Shown one piece after another: positions 28,158-39,000 of a stretch of DNA of 52,641 nucleotides; positions within the stretch are counted from its first letter, which is position 1; the number at the start of each line of letters is the position of its first letter. The stretch lies in NCBI GenBank assembly GCA_947627505.1, contig CANQWG010000005.1:1-52641 (forward strand), written 5' to 3'. The stretch comes from an uncultured Bacilli bacterium (lineage in GTDB: Bacteria; Bacillota_I; Bacilli_A; RFN20; CAG-449). The notes under the pieces were generated by a model. The model was not told the origin of the DNA, made no database searches, and saw only the letters and a program-made list of their open reading frames with translations. The position numbers were made by a program, and so were the translations under genes.

Positions 28158-29000
28158 ATGAACTATTTTTTATTTGAAATTTTTGGAATTGAATTTGAAT
28201 TAAATATTTCATTAGTAATTACCCTTTTAACTGGCATTGCTTTAGGGATTGTAATCACTTTTTTATTATACCTTTATAGCGCTTTGCTGTCGTTAAGAAA
28301 ATCTCGATATATTATTGATAATTCTTTTGTGGATATCAAAGATGAAGATGTTATCAAACTTATTGAACATTACAAGCATGAATATAAATATCGGATTCAA
28401 GATCCAAATTTAAAAGATACAGCTTTTACTTCATGTGTCAAAGAAGAAGTTCTTCAAATCGCCAAATGGTATCATCCAAAATCCAAACATCCAATGGCAG
28501 AATTGACTTTTGATGAACTTGTGCTATTAAGTAAATATATAACAGATCGAGTTGAAAATATATTTTCCAATCGCATGCTTTCAATTCTTAGAAAGATGAA
28601 GTTATCGACAGTTATTTCGTTAATAGAAGTTAAAAATTCTAAACCGGTTAAAACCATAAACGAACATAAAATTCCTGAAAAAGTCAAAACTATGATGTCG
28701 GCACTTAATTTATTAAATCCTTTTCATTGGTTAAAAAAAGCAATTGTAGATAATTCTATTTCGATAATTATAAAAAAAATATGTTTACTTATCATCCAAA
28801 TCAGCGGTGAAGAAGCATATAAGGTTTTCTCACGAAAAGTATTAATCGATGAGAATGAAACTTATCGAAAAATGTTTGAAGAAATAGAAGAAGAGATCAA
28901 ACGCGAGCAGAAAGAAGAAAAACGACAAATTAAGTTACAACAAAAAAATAATAAAAAGAACAATAAAGAAAATAAGCAAAAAGAAAAAGTTAGTAACTAG
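28158..29000 (+). CDS. Hypothetical membrane-anchored protein with charged coiled-coil tail
   Basis: SD AAGGAG; N-terminal TM helix; K/E-rich C-terminus. Confidence 0.75.
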   Translation: MNYFLFEIFGIEFELNISLVITLLTGIALGIVITFLLYLYSALLSLRKSRYIIDNSFVDIKDEDVIKLIEHYKHEYKYRIQDPNLKDTAFTSCVKEEVLQIAKWYHPKSKHPMAELTFDELVLLSKYITDRVENIFSNRMLSILRKMKLSTVISLIEVKNSKPVKTINEHKIPEKVKTMMSALNLLNPFHWLKKAIVDNSISIIIKKICLLIIQISGEEAYKVFSRKVLIDENETYRKMFEEIEEEIKREQKEEKRQIKLQQKNNKKNNKENKQKEKVSN

Positions 29001-29062
29001 ATAGTTCTTACATTATCGTTTTATTCATCTATTTATATAAGTGATATTGATGAATAAGATTT
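28978..29062 (+). repeat. Left direct repeat of the island (degenerate spmA promoter/start)
   Basis: ~85 bp nearly identical to 42497..42582. Confidence 0.9.
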
Positions 29063-29349
29063 TTAATGAAATCATATTGATGAATTGATTTTTATAAAGA
29101 ACTACTAAGAATTATAATTAATAATAAAATTAATCAGATTAAAGTCAAAATTGAAAGAAGCAATTTCAAGAACAAAAAGTCATTTTAGTTATAAGGATTG
29201 AATTCAAATTAATTTATAATATCGTACTATTAGTCTAAAAATAATATGAAGTTGCAAATTTTGACAATAATTATTACAATTTAATAAATTTTACATTTTT
29301 TAAAGGGTGGGTTCTTATTATCACATTTTTTATATAGCAAATATAGGGG

Positions 29350-29865
29350 TTGGGGAATATGGTACGATTTATTAAAGGACTAATGACTTTAGATAAAAGA
29401 GCATACGAAGAATTTTATAGAAAATATTATGTGAAACTCTTTAATATTTTAAATAATATGTTTAGAAGTAAAGAGGATGTGGAAGATATAATTCAATCGT
29501 TGGTTATAGAATTACCCAAAAAATTACAAAGTTATTCTGGAGACTACTTTGACTCTTGGATAATAAAAGTAGCTAAGAATCATGCGATATCTTATTACAG
29601 AAAGTATAAGGGTAAAACTATTGCACTTGATGAAAGCAAGATTCAAACTGATGAATCAAATAAGACTAATGCTATTATTGAGTTTGAAGATTTGCGAGAT
29701 TACCTCACTACAGAAGAATTTCTGTTAGTTTATTTGTATTATTGTGAAGGTCATACCTATCAACAAATTCAGAAAATTATGGATATTTCTGATTATGGTT
29801 GCAGAAATTTAAAAAATAAAGCAATGGTAAAAATTGAAGAATATGTAAGGAGGAATAATCAATGA
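29350..29865 (+). CDS. ECF-type RNA polymerase sigma factor (start uncertain, 29350 or 29359)
   Basis: AYEEFYRKY...DVEDIIQ...FDSWIIKVAKNHAISYYRK (region 2); LYYCEGHTYQQI (region 4). Confidence 0.8.
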   Translation: MGNMVRFIKGLMTLDKRAYEEFYRKYYVKLFNILNNMFRSKEDVEDIIQSLVIELPKKLQSYSGDYFDSWIIKVAKNHAISYYRKYKGKTIALDESKIQTDESNKTNAIIEFEDLRDYLTTEEFLLVYLYYCEGHTYQQIQKIMDISDYGCRNLKNKAMVKIEEYVRRNNQ

Positions 29866-30491
29866 AAAAAAGTGAAATCAAAAAACTTCTTAGCCAATAT
29901 GATTGTAGCGATATTGATCCTAAAGAAGCGTTTAATAAGCTTGAAGGGAAAATAGAATTTAAAGAGGAGAAAAAGATTAGTTTTAAAAAAAGACCATTTA
30001 TCGCTTTTGCTTCTATAATTTGTTTAATGTTAATTGGTTCAATTGGTTTTAATGTGGTTCAGTATTTATTTCTTAATAGACCAGTTGAAAACATTCAGCA
30101 CAATACTGTAATGGTTGACACAAATGAATATATAGAGGCTGCAAAAGTTTATTTGAATGAAGTATGTGATTCTTATGAAATCTTACCAGATCAAACTTCT
30201 TTTATAGATTCTATTTATGTTATAAATCTGTATAAAGGCTATTCATTTAATGATGATGGTGAATTCACTTTAAACTATTATTATCAAATATATTCGTTTT
30301 TAGATGGTACATCGAATTTGGAATTTCATTTTTTTCAAGAAGATAATTTGATATATAGCTTATTTGGCAGTGAAGAAAAGCAAATTATGGGAAATTTGAA
30401 TAATGCAATTCCGCTATTAAAGGAAGGACTTTTATTAATAAAAGTTTATGAATATGATTATCTTATAAAACAAATTTCATTTATTTTATAA
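29862..30491 (+). CDS. Putative anti-sigma factor (single TM)
   Basis: ATGA overlap with the ECF sigma; short cytoplasmic N-terminus, one TM helix, extracellular domain. Confidence 0.6.
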   Translation: MKKSEIKKLLSQYDCSDIDPKEAFNKLEGKIEFKEEKKISFKKRPFIAFASIICLMLIGSIGFNVVQYLFLNRPVENIQHNTVMVDTNEYIEAAKVYLNEVCDSYEILPDQTSFIDSIYVINLYKGYSFNDDGEFTLNYYYQIYSFLDGTSNLEFHFFQEDNLIYSLFGSEEKQIMGNLNNAIPLLKEGLLLIKVYEYDYLIKQISFIL

Positions 30492-30544
30492 ATTTCAACA
30501 AATTTCGCCTCCTAAAATCGTTATAAAAGTATAGGAGGTTTTTT

Positions 30545-32149
30545 ATGAAAATTATATTTATTATTCCGCTAATTATTGGAGCATTCACTACTATTCAAAG
30601 TGATGGAAAAGTACAAGAATCTAGACTTAATAAAATAGTCTTTGAGGATTTTAACAAATCGAATCTTACTGAGGGTAACTTTGAGATTACTAATTCATCA
30701 ATAATGATAAAATTAAATTATGAAATGAAAAACAATGTTTTATTAAATGAAGATGAATCATTTGAAAATTATCATGCACGTTTATTACAAGTAGGAAGAG
30801 AATTTCACGAACAAAAAAATAAAGATATCGTTGAGTCTTCTTTACTAGGTAAAATTCCAAACTTGTATGTGTCTGCATACGCACCCTATGTTTCTTTTAA
30901 AAGTGATGAAACAACTGATTTAAATATGCTTTTAGATTTAACTAGTGATAATAATATAGAAAAAATAATTGTAACGGATTCTCAATCAACTAAACCAGAA
31001 CTAGAATTGGCAAAAGAATTTGTTGGCGTTCGATCGACTATTACATCAGGAGAGCTAACAGGAAAAGGTATCACAGTGGGTATTCTTGAACCTAATATTC
31101 TAGATAAATCCCATGAAAATTTTGGAGATACTGATGTACTTGTAAGAGATGAATGGCTATATAATGAAACCATATCAGATCACACAACTATAATGGGTTC
31201 CATAATAGCTGGGAAAAATGGTATTGCACCAAAGGCAAAATTATTAAGTGTCGAATTAAATGGGGATGCTTTAAGTGAAATAGATTGGTTACTAGATAAT
31301 GGCGTAAATATTATTAATTGTAGCTATGGGGATGCATCGCCAACAGGAGTTTATTCATCAAAATCTGCCTATATGGATTATATTTCTAACATATATCGAA
31401 TTACATTTGTTGCTTCATCTGGAAATACTGGTACTACAGATAAATATGTTGCAAATCCAGGATTGGGTTATAATGTTATTACGGTTGGCGCAAGTTCTAG
31501 TACTACTGCGCATCGCCGTACTTTTTCATCTTATGTTGTAAAAGATGGTCCAAGCAAACCAAATATTCTTGCACCAGGTCATAGTATTAATGTGAAACCA
31601 TTTGGAGCACAAGAAGGGACAAGTCTATCTGCTGCAATAACAACAGGATGCATCGCTCTTATGATGGAAAAGGTAACGGCTTTTCAAACTAATCCTGCGC
31701 TATTAAGAGCGATTTTAATGGCGAATGCAAAAGTTCCATCGGATGCTTATAGACAAACATACGGATTGCATGATCAAATAGGTGCTGGGTGCATAGATTT
31801 CAAAGAAACTATAAATAATATAGGCGGATTAACACAATTTCACAACACTCAAAATAAATCAAATTTAGGTGGCAAAGGCGAGTTGGTTCAAAGCGGACAA
31901 AGTATTAGAGCTGCGCTTTCTTGGATGGCTTATTCAAATGGTAATGCTGATAGTATCGCATTTACTGATTATGATATTGTAATAAAAAATTCTAGTGATG
32001 ATATTCTATTGAGTAGCAGTGGAAACGAAGAAAATCTAGAATTTTTAGATTACACAGTCACAAAAACAGATGTGTATATGATTGAAGTATTACAAAATGG
32101 AAACATTGTACAAAATGATTTCATAGGACTAGCATATCGAATATTCTAA
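30545..32149 (+). CDS. Secreted subtilisin-like S8 serine peptidase
   Basis: GKGITVGILE, DHTTIMGSIIAG, SSGN, GTSLSAA; signal peptide and prodomain. Confidence 0.88.
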   Translation: MKIIFIIPLIIGAFTTIQSDGKVQESRLNKIVFEDFNKSNLTEGNFEITNSSIMIKLNYEMKNNVLLNEDESFENYHARLLQVGREFHEQKNKDIVESSLLGKIPNLYVSAYAPYVSFKSDETTDLNMLLDLTSDNNIEKIIVTDSQSTKPELELAKEFVGVRSTITSGELTGKGITVGILEPNILDKSHENFGDTDVLVRDEWLYNETISDHTTIMGSIIAGKNGIAPKAKLLSVELNGDALSEIDWLLDNGVNIINCSYGDASPTGVYSSKSAYMDYISNIYRITFVASSGNTGTTDKYVANPGLGYNVITVGASSSTTAHRRTFSSYVVKDGPSKPNILAPGHSINVKPFGAQEGTSLSAAITTGCIALMMEKVTAFQTNPALLRAILMANAKVPSDAYRQTYGLHDQIGAGCIDFKETINNIGGLTQFHNTQNKSNLGGKGELVQSGQSIRAALSWMAYSNGNADSIAFTDYDIVIKNSSDDILLSSSGNEENLEFLDYTVTKTDVYMIEVLQNGNIVQNDFIGLAYRIF

Positions 32150-32152
32150 TAA

Positions 32153-32416
32153 ATGCTTAAGGGTAAAAATGTTAATATCCGAGATTGCCCTAAAAATCTA
32201 AAGACATATTTATTTGAAGTACTTTCTCTGTATGATAGTGTGCATAGCACTATTTATAGTAAAGAATTTTATTATATTTATATTGATTGTCAATTATATT
32301 CTTTAAAAGAACTTGGCGAAATTTTAAATATCTCTAATACTGCATTGCACGTCCATATGCATAAAATTAATAAGTACATAGATATTGCAACTGAAAGAAT
32401 TAAAGTAAGACAATAA
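32153..32416 (+). CDS. Small sigma-region-4-like HTH protein
   Basis: YSLKELGEILNISNTALHVHMHKI helix-turn-helix pattern. Confidence 0.5.
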   Translation: MLKGKNVNIRDCPKNLKTYLFEVLSLYDSVHSTIYSKEFYYIYIDCQLYSLKELGEILNISNTALHVHMHKINKYIDIATERIKVRQ

Positions 32417-32420
32417 ACTT

Positions 32421-32454
32421 AAACGTTCGACTAAGCAAGTTGGACGTTTTTTTT
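32421..32454 (+). terminator. Intrinsic terminator
   Basis: AAACGTTCGACT-aagca-AGTTGGACGTTT plus T-run. Confidence 0.75.
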
Positions 32455-32560
32455 CAAAATTTCTCGCGCGTAATTATAACATAAAAAATAGTCAAGTGGG
32501 ATACCGAAAATCGGTATCCATCTTTGACAAAAAACGACATTATAATCGAGGTATAAAGGA

Positions 32561-33085
32561 GTGTTTATTATGGATTTTTCAGGTTTGACGAATTATGAAT
32601 TTTTTGTCCAATTAGGATATGTAACCATCATATCTAGCATCTTAACGATGTTGATCACTTGGATCATCAAAATGATTCTCAAAAAAAGAAAAGTGATTAA
32701 GGAGGGAATGGATCCAACGGAGAAGGATCAAATACTTTCAAAGGTAGGAAGAATAGTAGCCTTAATAATCTATACAGCTTTATATCTCGGAAATGAATTC
32801 TATCTGAAACACACCATTACTTTAGATGGAACATTATTGACCGGTTTATTTAGTGGAGCGACCTTAACTTTAACGTTGGCTAAAGGTTTCTATACGATGA
32901 TTAGGCAATATCAAAAGAAAAAGAATGTTTTTGAGAAACTTAAGTATTGTGAAGAAACGATTCAAAAACTACAAGAGCCACATGTTCCAAATCAACCGGT
33001 AGAGGAATTAATAACTCATGTTGTTACTAGTGAATCGAAAAATAGATGGATATTAAGCAATAACAATAAGGAGGAAACAAAATGA
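32561..33085 (+). CDS. Three-TM membrane protein, holin-like topology
   Basis: Three hydrophobic segments and a charged tail; ATGA overlap with the RHS gene. Confidence 0.7.
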   Translation: MFIMDFSGLTNYEFFVQLGYVTIISSILTMLITWIIKMILKKRKVIKEGMDPTEKDQILSKVGRIVALIIYTALYLGNEFYLKHTITLDGTLLTGLFSGATLTLTLAKGFYTMIRQYQKKKNVFEKLKYCEETIQKLQEPHVPNQPVEELITHVVTSESKNRWILSNNNKEETK

Positions 33086-36000
33086 AAAAAATTGTTGTAT
33101 CGAAAGAAGAGTTAAAAGAAGAAAAAATGAAAGTAAATAAGCAAACTTCCCATGTGTCTAATCAAAAAGAAACATCAAATAATAGTAAAGAAATTAAAAA
33201 GCCAAATTCTACTCTTAAAGTTAAAGTAAAAACAATTACTTTCGGAATTGATAATGGAGATGGTAATTTTGAATTACAAGAAGATGAAAATGGATTCAAA
33301 ACAACAAAAGGGAAATTCACGAGTTATTTTGCTAAATCACTAGATGAAAAAGAACTTGTAAAATTAAGCAAAGATAATCATGAAGTATCTTTAAACTTTT
33401 TGGGAAAGAAATCAAAAATTGGAAAGATCTCTAAAGTAAGAGGAAAAGTAATTTCTAGTAAGAAAGAGAAGTCATCCATTAGTTTTGAAAACTTTGAAAA
33501 AGGATTAGATTTAAACTATGAAGTCCATTCTCATGGAATCAAAGAAAATATTATCGTAAGAGAAAAACAAGATGAATATAGTTTTGACTTTAGTTTAAAT
33601 ATCGGAAGTTTAACACCACGATATAACGAAGAAATAAAATGTATTGAACTTTGTGATAACGACAAGATAATCTATAGAATTTTAAGTCCATATATGAAAG
33701 ATAGTAGTGAAAAGACATCATTTGATTGTTTCTATGATATTGAACAAGATGGAGAAGTACTAAACCTAACCTTAATAGCAGATGCTTCTTGGATTAATGA
33801 TGATAAAAGAGTTTTACCGGTTATTATTGATCCGACTATTGAGGTGATACAAGAAATGATGGAAATGTATTCAGTAAAAAATTCATTTAGGAACGAAAAT
33901 TTTAATGAATTTTATCAAGTTGGATATATAGACATATTGTTTGACTTACTTAAGTATAGTGTTGACTTTGATATTAATCGGGCCATTATTAAAAATGAAG
34001 TAAATACTTTATCTAAAGTTTTTTTAAGATTTGTTGTTAAAGAGATTAGTGAAAAAGAGGATGATTATTATATCTCTGTAGTTAATAAAAATAATATAAT
34101 TCTAAAAATAGATAAAAATAATTTATCAGGAGATCATCTTATAGATATCACAGATCTTTTTAATAATTCAGATGAAGATATTATAACTATAAGTTTAAAA
34201 TATGTAGGAACAAATAAGTATTGTACCATACAAGTATATTCTCCATATGCTGATGAAAATCTAAAACCTCAGCTTTATATTGAATATCTTGATGAAGTGG
34301 ATGAAGGTAATATCGTCACAAATGAGTACTATGTTGGTCAAGCAGGAACTACTTTTGTTAATTTAAAAACAGGAAGTTTTAAACATTATCATAGTGATGC
34401 TAGTATCAATCATAATGCTTTATCAATTAATATAAATCATGTATTTGATTCTCAAATTTTTAATGGAAATAAAGATGAGATTTCACCAAGCTATATTGGA
34501 AAAGGATGGAAAACTAATTTACAACAATACTTAATTAAATCTGATACTTTCAGTCAAGTTTTTGGATGCAAAGATGTGACATATGTTGACGGAGATGGTA
34601 AAAGGCATAACCTAATCGAAAAATGGTATTATATTGATGAAAATAAAGTAAAGCATTTTGTTTCAAAAGATAATATTTTTGTTGATGACGATCAAGAAAT
34701 AAAATATCTAGACTCGGATTCGGTAAAGCATAAGGTAAAACTCGAAGTTACTAATGAAGAAGGATTATCATATATTTCTGGCTCTTCAATGAATGACTTT
34801 TCGAGTAATCAAATTGTAAGAAAAAGATATTTTATTAAATATGGTTTTGGTGAACGCGAAATTAGTGTCGATCCAAATGTAAAACATTATTTGCAATATT
34901 ATTTTTTAACTTCTGATGGTGAGAAAAAGACAATTGGACCATCACGGGTTAATATATCGGATGAAGGAATTTTACAAGTAATAGGTGGAAGACAAGTATT
35001 TTTAGATATCGGTTACGCAATAAATATTTCCAAAAAAGATGATGGTCATTATTATTTTACAGTAGATGATGTAGACCCTTTATTAGTATCATCAAGATCG
35101 AGCAAACCAACCGAATTCAAAGTGATAGAAAAAATTGTTGTTGAAGAAAATTCGCAATTTGAAATATATGTTGATGAAAATTTAGAATCATTAAGAAGTC
35201 AAATTAATAATTTAAATCTTAGTATCGAAGAATTAAAACTATCAAGAGATAGTACAATGCAGTTATTAAATAATTACAATAAACAATTTTATGGACAAAA
35301 TTCAAATTTGAAATTGCAAATAAGCGAATATGAAGGTTTCACATATAATTACAAAGATTTAACATTTGCAAAAACAGAAGAGAACGGATGTACAGAGGAT
35401 AGTAATAAAGCTCTACAATGTATAGATGCTGGAAGATTATATCAAAGACAAACAAGAGATTACGCTGATATAAGTGCAGTTTCGCCAAATGAAATTCAAA
35501 TGAAATCGTTGAGAATGTCTTTAACAATGTCATTGTTCCAAATTTTATGTTGCGAAGAGCAATTAGGCCAAATTGTAAGCCAAATTGAAATATATGAAAC
35601 CAAAAAAAATCAATTAATAGCACAAAGAGATGCATATATTAAAAATTATAGAAAAAACGCTATTGATTATATTTTTGATAATGAAGGAAATACATTAGGT
35701 TTTGATGGATATGGTAGATTAGTTTTGCTGCAAGATACATATGAGAATAAAATAGAAATTGAATATGGTTATGAAGAAGAAAATGAGGGTAAACTGCTTT
35801 CAGTATCTTCGGAAATAGAAACAGTTAAATTTAATTATGATAATAAAACAGGTTTTTTAAAATCTATTATTGATAATAGTGGAAGAAAAACAAGATATGA
35901 ATATGATGAAAATAATGAACTAATTACAATTAAATATAACGATGGTAAAAAAACAAACTTTGATTATAGTGAAGGTTTTTCAGTTACATCTCCACGTTTA

Positions 36001-39000
36001 GAAATCAATAAAATAATTAATGATGAGGATGAATCTATTCATGTTAGAACGTACTGCTTAAAAAGTACTTTTGATCGTGACAGTAAAATTTTTCAAAATA
36101 TAATTGATAAAAATACAAAAATAGTTGGAAATGAAAATATTGAAAATGTGTTAGATCATCATTACACATTTGATAAAGATTTAAAATTAACAATAATTAC
36201 AGATGATAATAAAAAAGAAAACGTTAAATACTTTTTTGATTCAATTGGAAATGTTCTAAAATTAGACGAAATTAAAACTACAAAAGTCTCATTTTTTGAA
36301 GGTAAAATGTTAAAATCGGAAGTCGAATATAAAACTTATGATATAGATAATTTAGATAATAGTCCGGTTTTAGAATCGCTAACTATTTATCCTTCTTCAC
36401 ATACTTATAAATATGATTTAACTAGTTTTGATAATTTGCCATTATCAAATATGTTAGGTCTTAAAATCGATGTTGTAACTGGTAATGTAGATGAAGAGTC
36501 TATTTTGGTTTTTAAAGTAAAAGCTACGGTTCAGACCACTAATCAGGATGGAACGATAAAACAAGAAGTCTTTGAACAAGAATATCAAGAAATTAAGTTA
36601 CAGACTATTGTACTTCCTATTTGTATTGATAGGAATTTATCTTCCGATTTAACCATTGAAATAACTGCTGAATCATCTGAATTTAATGAAACTTATTTTG
36701 ATTCTATCGATTTAATTAAACTTGAAAGTGGCGCAATTTACACCTATGATATAGAAAATCATTTAATTAAAAAACAAGATGGCATTAATACTATAATTTA
36801 TGAAGATTATAATGATAATAATATTCCTTTGAAGGTTATAAAAACAGATATTTATGGAGATGAACTAGTTATATCATGTAGTTATAACAATCAAAACAAA
36901 ATTTCGAATATCGAAGATAGTAAAGGAAACGTTAAAGAATACTATTATAACGATAAAGGACAATGTATTGAAAGGAGAACCTATAATAAAAAAGATGCAT
37001 CTTTGATGAAAGTGAGGAAAGCTGAATACGATGAACAAGGAAGAGTGTTATCTATTAAAGGACAAATCAAAGATAGAAAAGGTAATTATCCTACCGAAGA
37101 AGTAACTTATTTACCAAACACAAATATTCAAAGTAAAATTAAAGAAGTAAATGGAGAAACTACATGTTATACTTATGATTTTAACACAGGAGATCTACTT
37201 AGTATTTCTTCAAGTGCTGAAGGAATCAATAATTCCAAATCGTTTACTTATAACTATGGTTTACTAACCTCATTAGCACATCATGGAATGAAAGTTGATT
37301 ACATTTATGATGGAAAGGGAAGAAAAGTTCAAATTAGTTTAAATGGTAGTAATTATTTACGTAATATTTACGATGATAATTATAAAAATAATGATCTAAA
37401 AATCAAGCATGGTAGTTTTGTCGAAACCGAATTTGAAGCTGACTATAAAACTAGTTATATAACTGATGATGAGAATAGATTAAAATTATTAAGTTTTAAT
37501 AGTGATATACATCAGGGTGAAAGCATATATGACTATGAAGATGAAAACTTAACAAGAGTCATTTCTAATAAGACGAATCTAGATACTCAGGAAGTTTTTA
37601 CAGAAGTTTTAGAAAAATCATATGATGATTATAATAATGTTACAGATTTTACCAAGACTGTAAATGATGATGCACATTTCTACCGCGCATTTACGTATGA
37701 TAGTAAGAATCGGTTAAGTAAAGAAGAAATCAGCATCCAAGATGGTGATGTTTTACAAACTGAGTATCAATATGATGAAGATAATAGAATAACGAAATTA
37801 GATATTAAAGGACTATTTACAATTAATTACGATTATGATGTTCTAAATAGAGTAAAGCATCAAAATATTGAAATAGATAAAAGTAGTAGCTATTCTTCAC
37901 AAAAAATAGAGTTGTGCCACGAATATAGTTATTTGCAACAAGATGAAAATAGTTTGGATTTAGTTGCTGAGAATCGAACCAAAGTCATTGTAAGAAAAGA
38001 GTCTATATCTGAAGAGAACAAACTAATACCTATTAAAATTTATATGACTGAGACAAGCAAATATAATTATGATGAAAGTGGTAATATCATTGAAATCGAT
38101 GCTGATGATAGTTTAACAAGATATCAATACGATAAATTAAATCGCCTTGTAAGAGAGGATAATCCAAAATTAAATAAGACCATTACCTATAAGTACGATA
38201 GTGCAGGAAATATTCTTTTAAAGAAAACTTATGAATATACTCTAGAAGATAAATTGTATTCACCAAAAGTAGATGAATATACTTATGAATGTGATGGATG
38301 GAATGACCAATTACTATTCTTTAATGGCAAACAGTTTGAATATGATAAAATGGGACGTCCAATTACTTATATGGATAATTTGTTAGAATGGGAAAGTAAT
38401 GGAAATTTATTAAGTTTCATGAGTGAAGAAGTGGAGGCTTATTATTCCTATGATGCAAATGGTATAAGAAGAAATAAGATTGTTAATGATGTTGAAACTT
38501 CATTCATCGTCGATGGAACAAGAATACTAAGGGCAATTACCAAAAATGGGATATTAACATACAAATATGCTCTTAACAAATTGATTGGTTTCAATTATAA
38601 TGATGGTAGTAATAGCAAAGAATATATCTACTTAAGAAATATACAAGGTGATATTATTGCTATATACGATGATGAAGGAAATGAAGTAGGGGGATATGCA
38701 TATGATGCTTATGGTAATCACATAATTACTAATGATGTAGATGGAATTGCAACTCTTAATCCATTTAGATATCGTGGATACTATTATGATGAGGAAACAG
38801 GACTATATTATCTAAATAGTAGATATTATGATCCGAAGACAGGAAGATTCATTTCACCTGATATTATTTCAATCTTAGATGAAACAACGGCACAGATTAA
38901 CGGACTAAATCTCTACATGTATTGTGGGGATAATCCAGTGATGAATGTGGATCCAAGCGGAAGATTTTTCTTCTCCTTCTTGGCTGCAATTTTAATAGCA

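Noticed and set aside
28994-29023. GATAG-TTCTTACA-TTATCG in the island repeat as a relative of the cassette sites
   Set aside because: 8-bp spacer and only a short arm match; too weak to link the two systems
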